Source of the DNA: Octopus vulgaris
Taxonomy: Eukaryota
Direction of reading: 5' to 3'
Length of the DNA stretch: 64,000 nt
Assembly: GCA_951406725.2 (NCBI GenBank)
Contig: OX597816.1
Coordinates: 132,370,001-132,434,000, forward strand
In this document: piece by piece, positions 14,053 through 24,770 of the stretch
Layout: the number at the start of each line of letters is the position of its first letter
How positions within the stretch are numbered: position 1 is the stretch's first letter
Position numbers and translations under genes: made by a program
The notes under the pieces: model-generated
Databases searched by the model: none
What the model saw: only the letters and a program-made list of their open reading frames with translations
Told to the model about the DNA's origin: nothing

Positions 14053-15263
14053 CATCAAGACTTGGCAGGCGTCCAAAGCGTCTGAAAGAAGCCAACGGGG
14101 AATCCAAATCTCATACTACAAACGTTCCTATTGCTCCTTACCCATTACCACTTAGTGGGAACCACAGAAGTATGGCAGATCTGCAGAAACTCATTCAAAC
14201 TAATGGCAGCTTCAAGTCTGAACTCATGCAAGCGTTCCTTGCTGCTGCCCAGGCCAGCTTTAAAGAGCACGCCAACAACTCCAACTCAAGCCATGCAAAT
14301 AATAAGCCTGACCCTGCAGCAACTAACAGCATTCCCAATGGGGTAGAATCTGGTTACTCCAGTCTGAATAGCCCAGCCAGCAGCAGCAGCCAGTCACCTG
14401 TACATCTACAACCTCAGCCCAACAACAACAACACTACCAGCAACACCACCACCACCACAGCTACAACTACCAACAGTAGTACAACCACTGCTCCAGCTAG
14501 TGCGAATACTCCCAGTTGTTCCAATAGCAACAGCAATACTAACAACAATGTAAACAATAGCAGCGTTAGCAATGGCACTCACACTATTGCTGTCACTTGT
14601 AATAATAGCAACATCATTCATTTGAATGGTGTTAGAACCAAGACTGAACCAGTTGAAAACAGTACCCCCAGTACAGTGCAACCTAGTGTCTTGCCAACCA
14701 ATATAATAAATGGTATCACAACCTCAGCATTAGTTCCCAATGGTATCTCAAAAGCCGCTGTAGCCAACGACATCTGTCATGTCCTTGCTAATGGTGGTGG
14801 TGTTATTAATGGTATAGCGGATACCCTTCCTCCTGGTCCACCTAATAATGTCTGTAATGGACTACAGAATGGACTTACTGGTAGTTGCCCAGAAAGGTTG
14901 ACTACTGTTAGCAGTAACAAGGACATGAGCCCACCTGCCTTCGTTATGCCTGAAACCCCCAACTCTACCTCATCTGCAGCCCCCACGCCCCAGACCCCAA
15001 CATCTTATGAGGAATCTCAGCCAATGATAAAGGTAGAATCAAAGTTTTCTCCCTGCAGTATTGCAACTCAAAAACCTATGACCAAATTCCTAGATAAAAT
15101 TATTGATGAGGGGCGACAGCAACCAACTGAAGCCAGGAGGAAGTTGATTGAGCAGGTAACAATAACAATTGTTGAAGCTCACAGAGTTACTTGTCGAGTT
15201 ACTCATGAAGCTGTTTTGGAAGCCTATACAAAATGGGAAGAAAACAAAACCAAACTATTGGAG
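14053..15263 (+). CDS. Nuclear receptor (NR1 family) internal coding exon: T-box/CTE, long low-complexity hinge, start of LBD helix 1
   Basis: Acceptor ttgcAG ends at 14052 and donor GAG|GTGAGT starts at 15264. Open frame (A)SRLGRRPKRLKE...IVEAHRVTCRVT...KTKLLE. The phase-1 start matches the usual NR intron just after zinc finger 2. AHxxTC resembles the helix-1 end of E75/ROR-type receptors. Confidence 0.9.
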
Positions 15264-16549
15264 GTGAGTTTTTTACTCAGGTTATTCAATCTAATTAATA
15301 TACTTTGATTTTTTTTTTTATTTCCCTCTATCTGCCAATCAGTTTGAGAATTCTTTTCATATTTAGATTTGATTTCTCTAAAATATTGAATCTTTTCTCT
15401 ATAGTTTATAAAGTCAGTACTGCTACCTGTTTTTGGAGAGCAAGTTTTACTTCCTGGATAAGATGATATCCTCCATAGAGTACCTTCCAACTTGCTACCT
15501 ATTTCTTATCTAGTTTAACTAAGACAAATAGATTTAATTGTGCTATCAAAACAAACTACAATATTTTCAGCAGTACATGAATTATCAAATACCAACACCA
15601 GAATTGTTTAATTTAACATTTAAAATAGGTGAAACTTGGTATTCAACTCTGTTAATTTTTTCAAGGTTTGTTATTAAACTGAAAACAAGAATGCCTTTTA
15701 GATTCACAAGTTCAAAATTCCAACACAGTCCGGGATTGCATAAATATCCATATCTCAAGAAAGTTATATAAACAAGTTACATGAACTATTGGAAACAAAG
15801 TGGTTCTTTTATGTGTTAATTGATAGACTATGAAATTTATAGAAGTTAAAAAACGCTCTTTGATAGTAGTGAATTTATAGCAATCAGTGAAAAATTTATT
15901 CAATATTATCCATGGTGTAGTATGTTAAATTATTTGGAAATATGAATACACTTAAATTGATAGTTACTGGGTATTAAAAAATATGCAAATTTATGCAAGA
16001 GATGTAGCTACATTGATTTAGATGTAATATCTTGCTAGGAGAAAAACTGAGTTGATCAAAAATGTTAATCAAGAAAGATTTGAAGAAATAGCTAGGAAAA
16101 ATCTTAGGAAAGGATTGGATCTCTATGAAATCATATGGAAATTGTAGAACTTGCATAGAAAAAATATGTAAAACTGATGGGGTTATGACATTGTTGATGG
16201 CACATCTGAATGAATTTAAGTTATAGCACTCGACTTAATGTTAACATTCCTTAATTCTAGAATTTGTGACAATATAAGCTTGGTACAGGTTTTGGATTTT
16301 CCTAAAGTTTATTTTATGAGTTATGCTCATAGAATGTTACCAGTTAAAAAAAGGCAAATCCAGTTGTTCATAAGTATTAGTCTCTTTTTGTTGTCGACAA
16401 AAGATCTGTGGATCAGAAAAATTTCCTGAAAGTGTTGAAGAATATATAAATTAGTGTTTTTTTATTCTGTGTTGTCACTCATTTTTTGATGAGCTAGTCA
16501 AGAGTGGAAGAACAGTGTTCATGATCTTTGTAGGTTTAGACTGTTATCT

Positions 16550-18797
16550 TTGATCAATTGCACTACGGAGGAACCTCTAGGTGACTCTGATCATGCTATG
16601 ATCATCGCCAATCTGGCTCTTGCGGGCAACAAAAACCTGAACCATCTCCAATCTGCTTCCTTCGATTGGAAGAGAGCAGATTGGAACCTGTACCACACTG
16701 AACTACAGCACCCAAACTGGCGTGAATTCTACAACTCTGGAGATGTGAATACTATACTCCAGAGTATCCTGGACTCAATATGGGCAGCATGTGCAGCATC
16801 AGTGCCACGTAAACAAAAAAAGAAGAACCGCCCCAAAAGGGCAATTTGGGAAACTTCAGCGGTCCGACTTGCCAGGAGGGAACGTCGGACTGCTGAACGG
16901 GAATACAGGTTGCATAAATCAGACACCAACAGGAAGAAGCGGAATAAATCCTCCAACCATCTCAAGCAAGTGACAAAAAAAGCAGTGCTTGAATTTGAAC
17001 AGTGCATAGCAGCCAATCCTGACAGCAAGGTTTTCTGGAAATATGTGCACTCAAAGCAGAGACCTCACTCTCCAGTGGGCCCTCTTCGCAACCCTCACAC
17101 AAACCAGATCACTGACGACCCCAAGGAATGCGCAGAACTCATTGCCGAGTGCTATGCAAACATATTCACTGTTGAAAGTCAAAATGTACCATCTTCACCA
17201 TCACTAACAGCAAACTCCATAACAACTATGGAATTTACACCTGCAATGCTGCGACGTCACCTTCAAAATAAGCACAACTATGCCTCCCCTGGTCTCGATG
17301 GAGTTACATACCTGCTTCTCAAACGTAGCAGGCACTTCCTTTTACACCAGCTTTCTATTTTCTTCCAGTACTGTCTCAACAATGGTGCTACTCCGGAGCA
17401 GTGGAAAACTGCCAGTGTCATTCCTCTGTTCAAAAAGGGCGACCGCACATCACCTGTCAACTATCGCCCAGTCAGTCTCACTAGCTGTATTGCAAAACTG
17501 ATGGAATCGTGTGTCAGAGAAACACTCTGGAACTTCTGGAGCTCTCACAGTCTCATCCGACCCTCACAATATGGATTTGTCCCTAACTCCAGCTGCAGTG
17601 ACCAGCTTGTCGAGTTCCTTGAGGACATTACTCAGATTACTGACAGTGGCTCATGGGTGGATGTTGTCTACCTTGACTTTGCTAAGGCTTTCAACTCTGT
17701 GCCACACAAAAGGCTTATGGTGAAACTCTCTGCAATGGGTGTGGGGGATGACCTTTTTAACTGGTTGAAATCCTTCATCCTCAGCCGAAAGGAGGTAGTC
17801 ACAGTTCTAGGACAGCACTCTACACCATATGAGATGTCATCGGGTGTACCACAGGGATCTGTCCTTGGTCCCCTCTTGTTTGTGGCATACATTAACGACA
17901 TAGATGCCAATTTAAAGAATGCCACAGTATTGAAATATGCAGACGACATCAAGCTGTACCTTGAAATCAAGAGGACAGATCCTGATGTCTACAACTCTTT
18001 CCTGCAATCAGACCTAGACACAATGCAGCAATGGATCACAGACTGGCAACTGAAACTGGCTGTGGACAAGTGTACCACCATGCATTTTGGGAGAAAAAAC
18101 CCTGCGTTCACATACTCCCTCCACAACACTGATATCAAGAAATCCTCTTGTGAGCGTGACCTAGGCATCACTGTCAGCAGTGATTTGCGTTGGTCAAAGC
18201 ATATCTCTAAGATTGTCAGGAAGGCCGAGGGTGTCTTGGCATCACTCAGCAGGTCTTTTGTTAGCCGCTCTCCAGCCATCTATTTAAAACTGTATACAGC
18301 TATGGTACGACCACACTTGGAATTCGCATCATCAGTTTGGAACCCCTATCTTGCACAGAACATTGACCTCCTGGAATCTGTCCAGAGACGTGCAACCAAA
18401 CGCATACCCTCCATCAGACACCTACCATATTCTGAGCGCCTTGTTTCCCTGGGCATGGATTCACTGAAGCTCCGGCGTTTGGCGACGGACTTGGTAAACA
18501 CCCACAAAGTTATCAACCACCTCACCAACAACAACACTGAACACCTTTTTGATCTCCATGTGTCTAACACACGTGGACATGCCTACAAAGTCAGAAAACA
18601 ATACAGCTCCCATGACTTTCGGAAACATTTTTTCACGCTCAGAATTGCTGAAGCATGGAATAAACTGCCTGCGTCAGTTGTTGACTGCCATGACACTGCA
18701 TCTTTTAAGGCCCTCATGCTTTCCGAAATCCGCCGAAACTACACCTGATTATATATACACTTTAGATGAGTTGTAGTGCACCTGAGCACTGTACACA

Positions 18798-18831
<34 letters not shown>
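16550..18831 (+). mobile_element. 5'-truncated CR1-type LINE in an intron, with an uninterrupted RT ORF (16550-18748)
   Basis: The 732-aa ORF has the end of an APE domain (GDSDH), RT motifs (YRPVSLTS, DFAKAF, GVPQGSVLGP, YADD, ERDLGI) and a CR1-like C-terminus (TRGH.YK...R..F...WN.LP). Short 3' UTR and (TTA)n tail at 18799-18831. The 5' boundary is approximate. Confidence 0.93.
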
Positions 18832-18833
<2 letters not shown>

Positions 18834-20150
18834 CAGCTTGAACATTTGTAGACCAGTGTCTGCAGGGGAAAAACACTGGCAAAGAAGGGACCTTTCTAGT
18901 TCAAATGCTTGCAACATAATGAACTTAACAAAAGGCACTCAAAGACTGTTGATGTAGAAGTCTCCCCTGTATTTTTATAGTGTTGATGGATCTCATGAAC
19001 ATTTTTTTTCCTACTTTGAAGAAAGATTAAAGCTTGCAAAAGTAATTCATCTGGTGAGATTTTAACACTCATATTTTTGCATAATAGATTTTCTTCAAAC
19101 TACTTGACATTAAGTTCTTTTGAATGCCTGAAAATTGCTTTAAAGAAGGCTTGATACTGCCACTACAAACTGTCCAGCTTGTTACTATTGAGGTGGGTTT
19201 GGATACAGGTGCATTTCAAACTGTTGTAAGGAGGAAGGGATAGAGTTATAAATGTATCCATCATCATCTGAGATCAATTTGTACCAGGTTCAAAATTCAC
19301 CTTTCACCCTTCAGAGTTTCAATTAAACAATTGTTAGTCATATACCCATATCCTTATAAATTTGATGGCTTGTGCCTGTGTAAGAAATCATTAATATCAT
19401 GAATTATATTTTAAATCAGTTTGTTATTTGTAAGTAACTCATTACTGTAGTTTATTGAGTTTATGTATGTTCAACTTGGGCTGCAATTTCTTTTTCACTT
19501 TCACTAAGATACCCTCATGTAACTTAATATTTAAATTATATGCTACTTTCATATATGGCACCTAGTATCTTGTCTGTCTTGGTGAATCTCATAACATTTT
19601 GTGTTAAAGAGGCAATATGGAAGTAATATATCTTGGGTTTAGTAGTTTTTCACATCCATCCTTCTTCAATCTTTACTTTTTGTACCATGTTTCTGTTTAA
19701 ATGCACTGCATCTATTTCAGTTGATTTTAAAGATGAAGAATTTATTAAAATATGTTTGTCATAGTTAAGCTGATGTTTGGAACATAAATTAACATAAAAT
19801 TTTTAAGGAAGATTTAGATCACTTTAAAACAGGAAATTTGCATCATAGAACCTGGGACGGTCTCAGGTGGGTCGTTATCAAAAGAGTTCATATTGTTGTT
19901 TAAGCATGAGTCAATTCTGATCAGACAGACCTAAAACCAAATACATTTACACCACAACCATTCCATCTTTTTAGGAATAATTAGAACTACATGATCTGAT
20001 GTGCACTCTTTTTAAGATGGTTGGGTATAATTTAAGAGAAATTTGGCTGCTATTGTAGCACTAAACCCCACTTAAATCTTCCCAGCTTTGCACATTGTTA
20101 ATTAAATGAAATTGAATTGAAGAATCCACTTTCTTCTCTTTTTTACTTAG

Positions 20151-20256
20151 GCTTTGGATGGTAAGAATAGTGCCTCAGATCTTATGTGGAGACAGTTTCT
20201 AACAAACATGGTGCCTGAGATTACAAATGTTGTCCAGTTCTGCAAGCGGCTACCTG
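20151..20256 (+). CDS. Nuclear receptor exon: LBD helix 3
   Basis: Polypyrimidine tract plus ttAG at 20149-20150; donor G|GTAAGT. Encodes ALDGKNSASDLMWRQFLTNMVPEITNVVQFCKRLP(G), the first half of the NR signature F-x-K-x-L-P-G-F. Phase 0 in, phase 1 out. Confidence 0.95.
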
Positions 20257-20882
20257 GTAAGTAATGTTATCCTAACCTCTGTCTTCTATCTTTATCCCTT
20301 TTCTCTCAAGTCTCTTTTCATTCTCCTTCGGGCCCTTGCTTCTTTCTATGACACATGTATTTCTCTTCCATTTTCTAATTCTCTATTTCTACTCCCCTCT
20401 ACACACATCTAATTTCTTCTCACTCCCCATCTAAATTCTTTTCTTACAAATAGCTTCAAGTTTGTTGTTAAAATTGTGTAGGTTTATTGGTGGTCTTGTG
20501 TTTATGTGAATACTACTCTTAATTCTGTACAATGCCTTAATTTAGTTAACCATCTAAAGTAGCTATCAGATATTCAAGAAATTACCAATGAAAGACTGGT
20601 GTCTTGTCCATGATGATATTTGTCTCACATTTTATGAATGCCATAAAATTTAAGCTAAATGTTAAACTGCCACCACCAAACACCTAGCTTTTGAAGCAAG
20701 TTTTCAATTTTCTTTCCTCATAGAGTTGAAAAAAGGATGTATTATAGCTATAGGGACCTGAGGGCAGGCTGCCCTATAGCTACAGAGGCTGGTAGCAGAA
20801 TGCAGTTTACATAGTGTTAAGAAAATAAATCTCACATTGATTTTATTAATTCTATTTATTGACATTGTCCTTTTTTTTCCAG

Positions 20883-21024
20883 GTTTCTCTGAAATTGACC
20901 AAGAGGACCAAATCAAGTTGATCAAGCAAGGAACCTTTGAGGTGATGTTAGCAAGATTTTGTATGCTTGTTGACCACCAAAATTATACCATGTTTGATCC
21001 TGACATGAAGATGCAATGTCCAAG
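20883..21024 (+). CDS. Nuclear receptor exon: LBD helices 4-5 and beta sheet
   Basis: ttttccAG acceptor and AG|GTAAAC donor. Encodes (G)FSEIDQEDQIKLIKQGTFEVMLARFCMLVDHQNYTMFDPDMKMQCP(R), completing the signature PGF..L...DQI.L.K. Confidence 0.95.
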
Positions 21025-21364
21025 GTAAACTGATTTCTACTATGCACTGTGTGTTACAAAGACTTAACTGTAGGGTATTGCTTATTGTTATTGATATGAA
21101 TGGGGCACAGCCATTCATGATGATGATCTTTTGTGGTGGTGGTGGGGGGGGGTGAATAAATGGTAAGAACTAATGGACAAAAATCCTTATAGACATTGAG
21201 TTAAAAACCAAGAAACCTGATAAACCAAGAATTAAGTTGATAATTCATTAGTACAATGTTCTTAGTAAAAATCTCAGGTTATTTATGATTGTTTTTGGAT
21301 AGTGAAGTACATTATTAAAATTTTCTTCTCTTGTTTTTGGTATCTGCCATAACTGTTCATTTAA

Positions 21365-21580
21365 CCCTTTAGCATTCAGATTCTGTCAGATGTGAAGCTT
21401 ATGTATTCACACCACTTAAAATTAATCATGCATTAATACATGGCTTTGAGATTTCAATGATGTTATTGTTTATTTTGAAATGACACTGTAAGGTAGCTAT
21501 GAAAGACCATATCTGACCAGTTTTAACTTAATACAGATAGAATATTTTGGCCGGACATAGCCAGTTTAAACACTAAAGGG
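21365..21580. mobile_element. piggyBac-type MITE
   Basis: TTAA|CCCTTTAG...CTAAAGGG|TTAA. Confidence 0.85.
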
Positions 21581-21751
21581 TTAAGGTTGTTACTAAGCAT
21601 TCAATGCAAACCTAATTCAGTAGGTGTACACACTTTGTCATATCTGTTTTATGTTTCCAATTCATGAGCTTCATTCAATATTTTCATCAAGACTCATCAA
21701 ATTCTGCTGTTGTAATGAAAAATTCCATAATTATTTAATTTATCATTTCAG

Positions 21752-21882
21752 GGAAGTAATCCGGGAAATGCCACTAGGAAATTTTCTTGAAGAATTCTTC
21801 TTAATGGCAGAAACCTTTAATCCATTGAAGTTATCTGATCAGGAAATTGGTCTCTTTACAGCTGTTTTGATAATTTGTCCAG
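21752..21882 (+). CDS. Nuclear receptor exon: LBD helices 7-8
   Basis: tttcAG acceptor and G|GTAGTG donor. Encodes (R)EVIREMPLGNFLEEFFLMAETFNPLKLSDQEIGLFTAVLIICP(D), a typical NR1 L.L.D.E..LF.A..L..PDR motif. Confidence 0.95.
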
Positions 21883-21905
21883 GTAGTGACACATTATATT
21901 TCTTC

Positions 21906-21961
<56 letters not shown>

Positions 21962-22064
21962 TTGTATGATTTATAAATGTTATTGATTTTATGTACATGC
22001 TTGTTAAACTTCATGAACCTTCACTGACTGATCCAATATAGCAATAGTTATTTGTATTTGTATA

Positions 22065-22272
22065 ATAATCCTTTCTACTAATAGGCACAAGGCCTGAAAA
22101 TTCATGGGGACGGAGTAAGTCAATTACAACAACCCCAGTGCTCAACTAGTACTTAATTTATCAGCCCCAAAAGCAAAATCAACCTCAGTGGAATTTGAGC
22201 TCAGAACATAAAGATGGTTGAAATGCTGCTAACCATTGTGCCTGGCATGTTAATGATTCTTCCAGCTCACCG
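22065..22272 (-). repeat. SINE copy (same family), antisense in an intron
   Basis: Reverse complement of the unit above. A + strand partial copy follows at about 22370-22500. Confidence 0.8.
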
Positions 22273-22981
22273 ATTTGTATTTGTGTAATAATAACATACA
22301 GTGACCTGCTCTGAAATTGATAGCATTTCTAGAGATTTTCATGTTTGATGCTCACAACCATACTACTAGAAAGTGGGAGATTTTCGGTTGAATTGTTAGA
22401 ACCTTATAGTGTTTGTTCTAGCTTTCTAAGTTCAAAACCTGTTAAGGTCATCTTTGCCTTTTATCCTTTCAAGGTTGATAAACTAAAGAACCAGTTCAGT
22501 GCATTTATTGCTTGGTATAGCATCAAACTGGAATGCCTTATGGTGTTCATTGTAGCCTGAGTTCCTGAGAGCCAGGCATAATTCATCAACCAGTTTAATA
22601 CCACTAGCTGGTCTTCCAGTGTTTTCAGCTGAGTTCCTTCTATTACAAGCATTTGGAACTGGTTTTTGGTTTGAAAATAATTCTTTCCTTTTGTCCCAAA
22701 GTCAATTAAGAAAAAATATTAGGATAATGTTATTAGTTTTGATCTTTGTAACTCAGTTGAAATCATTTAAATTTTGATGTGTTTTTTTTTTTTATTTGGT
22801 AGTGGTGGTGGTGGGTATTGCTAAATTATGTTTGCAGTTATGTAGCATGGTTAAATTTGAATTTATTTATATTAGTTTCTTTTCATGATTTTTAATTGAG
22901 CAATCCTTATCAAGTGATAGATTTGGAGATCAATTTAAAATAAAGAGAATCTAAATGAAATGAATGAATTCTATTTTTCAG

Positions 22982-23074
22982 ATCGTCAAAATCTTTCTGG
23001 AGTTAAAGCTGTTTCTAAAATACAGGGACTCTTTTTACAAGCATTATATAATGAACTGAAAGCTAACCATAAAG
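22982..23074 (+). CDS. Nuclear receptor exon: LBD helix 9
   Basis: tttttcAG acceptor and G|GTAAGA donor. Encodes (D)RQNLSGVKAVSKIQGLFLQALYNELKANHK(D). 93 nt, phase 1/1. Not in the ORF track; read manually. Confidence 0.93.
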
Positions 23075-23267
23075 GTAAGATATTTTTTTTTATAGTCATC
23101 TGTTTTATGAAAACTAAAATTTGCCAGTGGTGAGTGAAACCCAATGTCAAATCTGCGTCTCTAAAAGTTTGGTCCCAATTATATTTTATTTATTTATTTT
23201 TCGTGGTGACATGGGTTGGATTGTTTGACACGGAGCTGGCTAGCAGGGAGCTAGTCTTTTGTGGCAT

Positions 23268-23669
23268 TGTAACAGGATGAGAGATTCCTGCACTGGATGG
23301 GTGCAGCTCGCATCCTTTACATTAAATATTAATCGAAGAAAGAGTCAAGACTTCCGATTAACTTCAACAGCATAAATATTTATTTCTTGATTCGCAATAT
23401 AAACATTTCCTTCCTCTGGGCGAATCGGCAGTCTAGGAGCTTATCGGCAGTAGTCAAGTGGAGTGAGTTAATCCTGCCCGTTCAAGCATAGTGGTAGCAG
23501 CTCAAGATAGCTGATGCAGACAGCTACTGGCGTCCAAGAGAGCGATACCAGAGAATTTTGCTGCTGCTAGTTTTTTTGCGCATGCGCATGAGGGAACTTC
23601 CAGCAGGTCTCCCAGAAGACTCATATCTTGCACATGCGTGCTGGAGATTTCCAAGATGGCGTCACTACA
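23268..23669 (-). mobile_element. Solo LTR (402 bp) in the last intron
   Basis: TGTAAC...CTACA termini with a perfect 4-bp TSD GCAT (23264-67 and 23670-73). AATAAA on the minus strand at 23379-84. GC-richer than the flanks. Confidence 0.8.
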
Positions 23670-24194
23670 GCATGGTTTCTACAAACAGTTGGAGCTTGGA
23701 CAGCTCTCTGCTAGCCAGCTCCATGTCAAACCATCTAACTCATGTCTGCATTGGAAAGTGGACATTAAATGATAATGAGGATTCTAATGAAAAATAGATA
23801 TCATTTTGAATCCATTAATGAATTAAAATGTATTGTAAAAAACAGTGAGAGAAAAAACACGAATTTAGGATTAGAATGCTCTTGTAATATTGTCTTTGGC
23901 ATTGAAAGAGTTAAAAGATAATTAGAACTTCACAAAAATAGTCTTTATATTTTTGTATTTATGCTTAAAGATTTGTTGAGTTTAAAAGGAACCGATAGAA
24001 TAAGTACTAGGCTTGCAAAGAATAAGTCCTGGGGTTGATTTGCTCGACTAAACGTGGTGCTCCAACATGGCTACAGTCAAATGACTGAAACAAGTAAAAG
24101 AGTAAAGAGTGATGTAATATTCTAATAGATTTTTGTATAATTCTAATTTTCCTTTCTGTATGTTGTTTAAAATTTCTGTTTCCATTTCTTACAG

Positions 24195-24355
24195 ATTATG
24201 ATACTTTGTTCAATGACCTAATCCGAACAATTCCAATGTTTCGCGAATTTAATCACCAGCATGCCATGTCGCTCAACAACATTCGCATGCGCTCGATACA
24301 CAGCCAGTTTGATTTCCCCGAATTACACAAAGAAGTTTTTGATTACAAAGTGTAA
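24195..24355 (+). CDS. Nuclear receptor terminal coding exon: LBD helices 10-12 (AF-2) and stop
   Basis: ttacAG acceptor. Encodes (D)YDTLFNDLIRTIPMFREFNHQHAMSLNNIRMRSIHSQFDFPELHKEVFDYKV followed by TAA at 24353-24355. FPELHKEVF is an AF-2-like helix 12. Not in the ORF track; read manually. Confidence 0.93.
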
Positions 24356-24734
24356 TTCTAACACAGAAAAAGAAACACAGCCTTGTCTACATATTCACAT
24401 GAAAGGCAGAACGAGAAGAATGGGACTTGGTATAAACTACAGAAGGAAAGAAAAAGAAAAAAAAATGCAAGGGAAACCAGGGAATATAGAGAAATGCCGT
24501 CAAACTGCCAGGATCTTCTGTGAATTCTTCTTGCACTGATCACTCACTCTGTGCATGAAAAAAAAACCCTGTTAACCTTTCTGGAAGAGAGGTTTCTTAT
24601 TTTGTTGATTTGATATTCAGAATGGTATATAATGGTATATAAATTCAGGTGAACTGATAAACTGACTACAATTTACATACATACACATGGACATACGTAT
24701 ATATGTGTGTGTGTGTATATATATATATGTATAT

Positions 24735-24770
<36 letters not shown>

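Noticed and set aside
16729-18570. Antisense ORFs overlapping the LINE ORFs, also at 46418-48494
   Set aside because: Expected shadow frames of GC-richer coding sequence, with no motifs.
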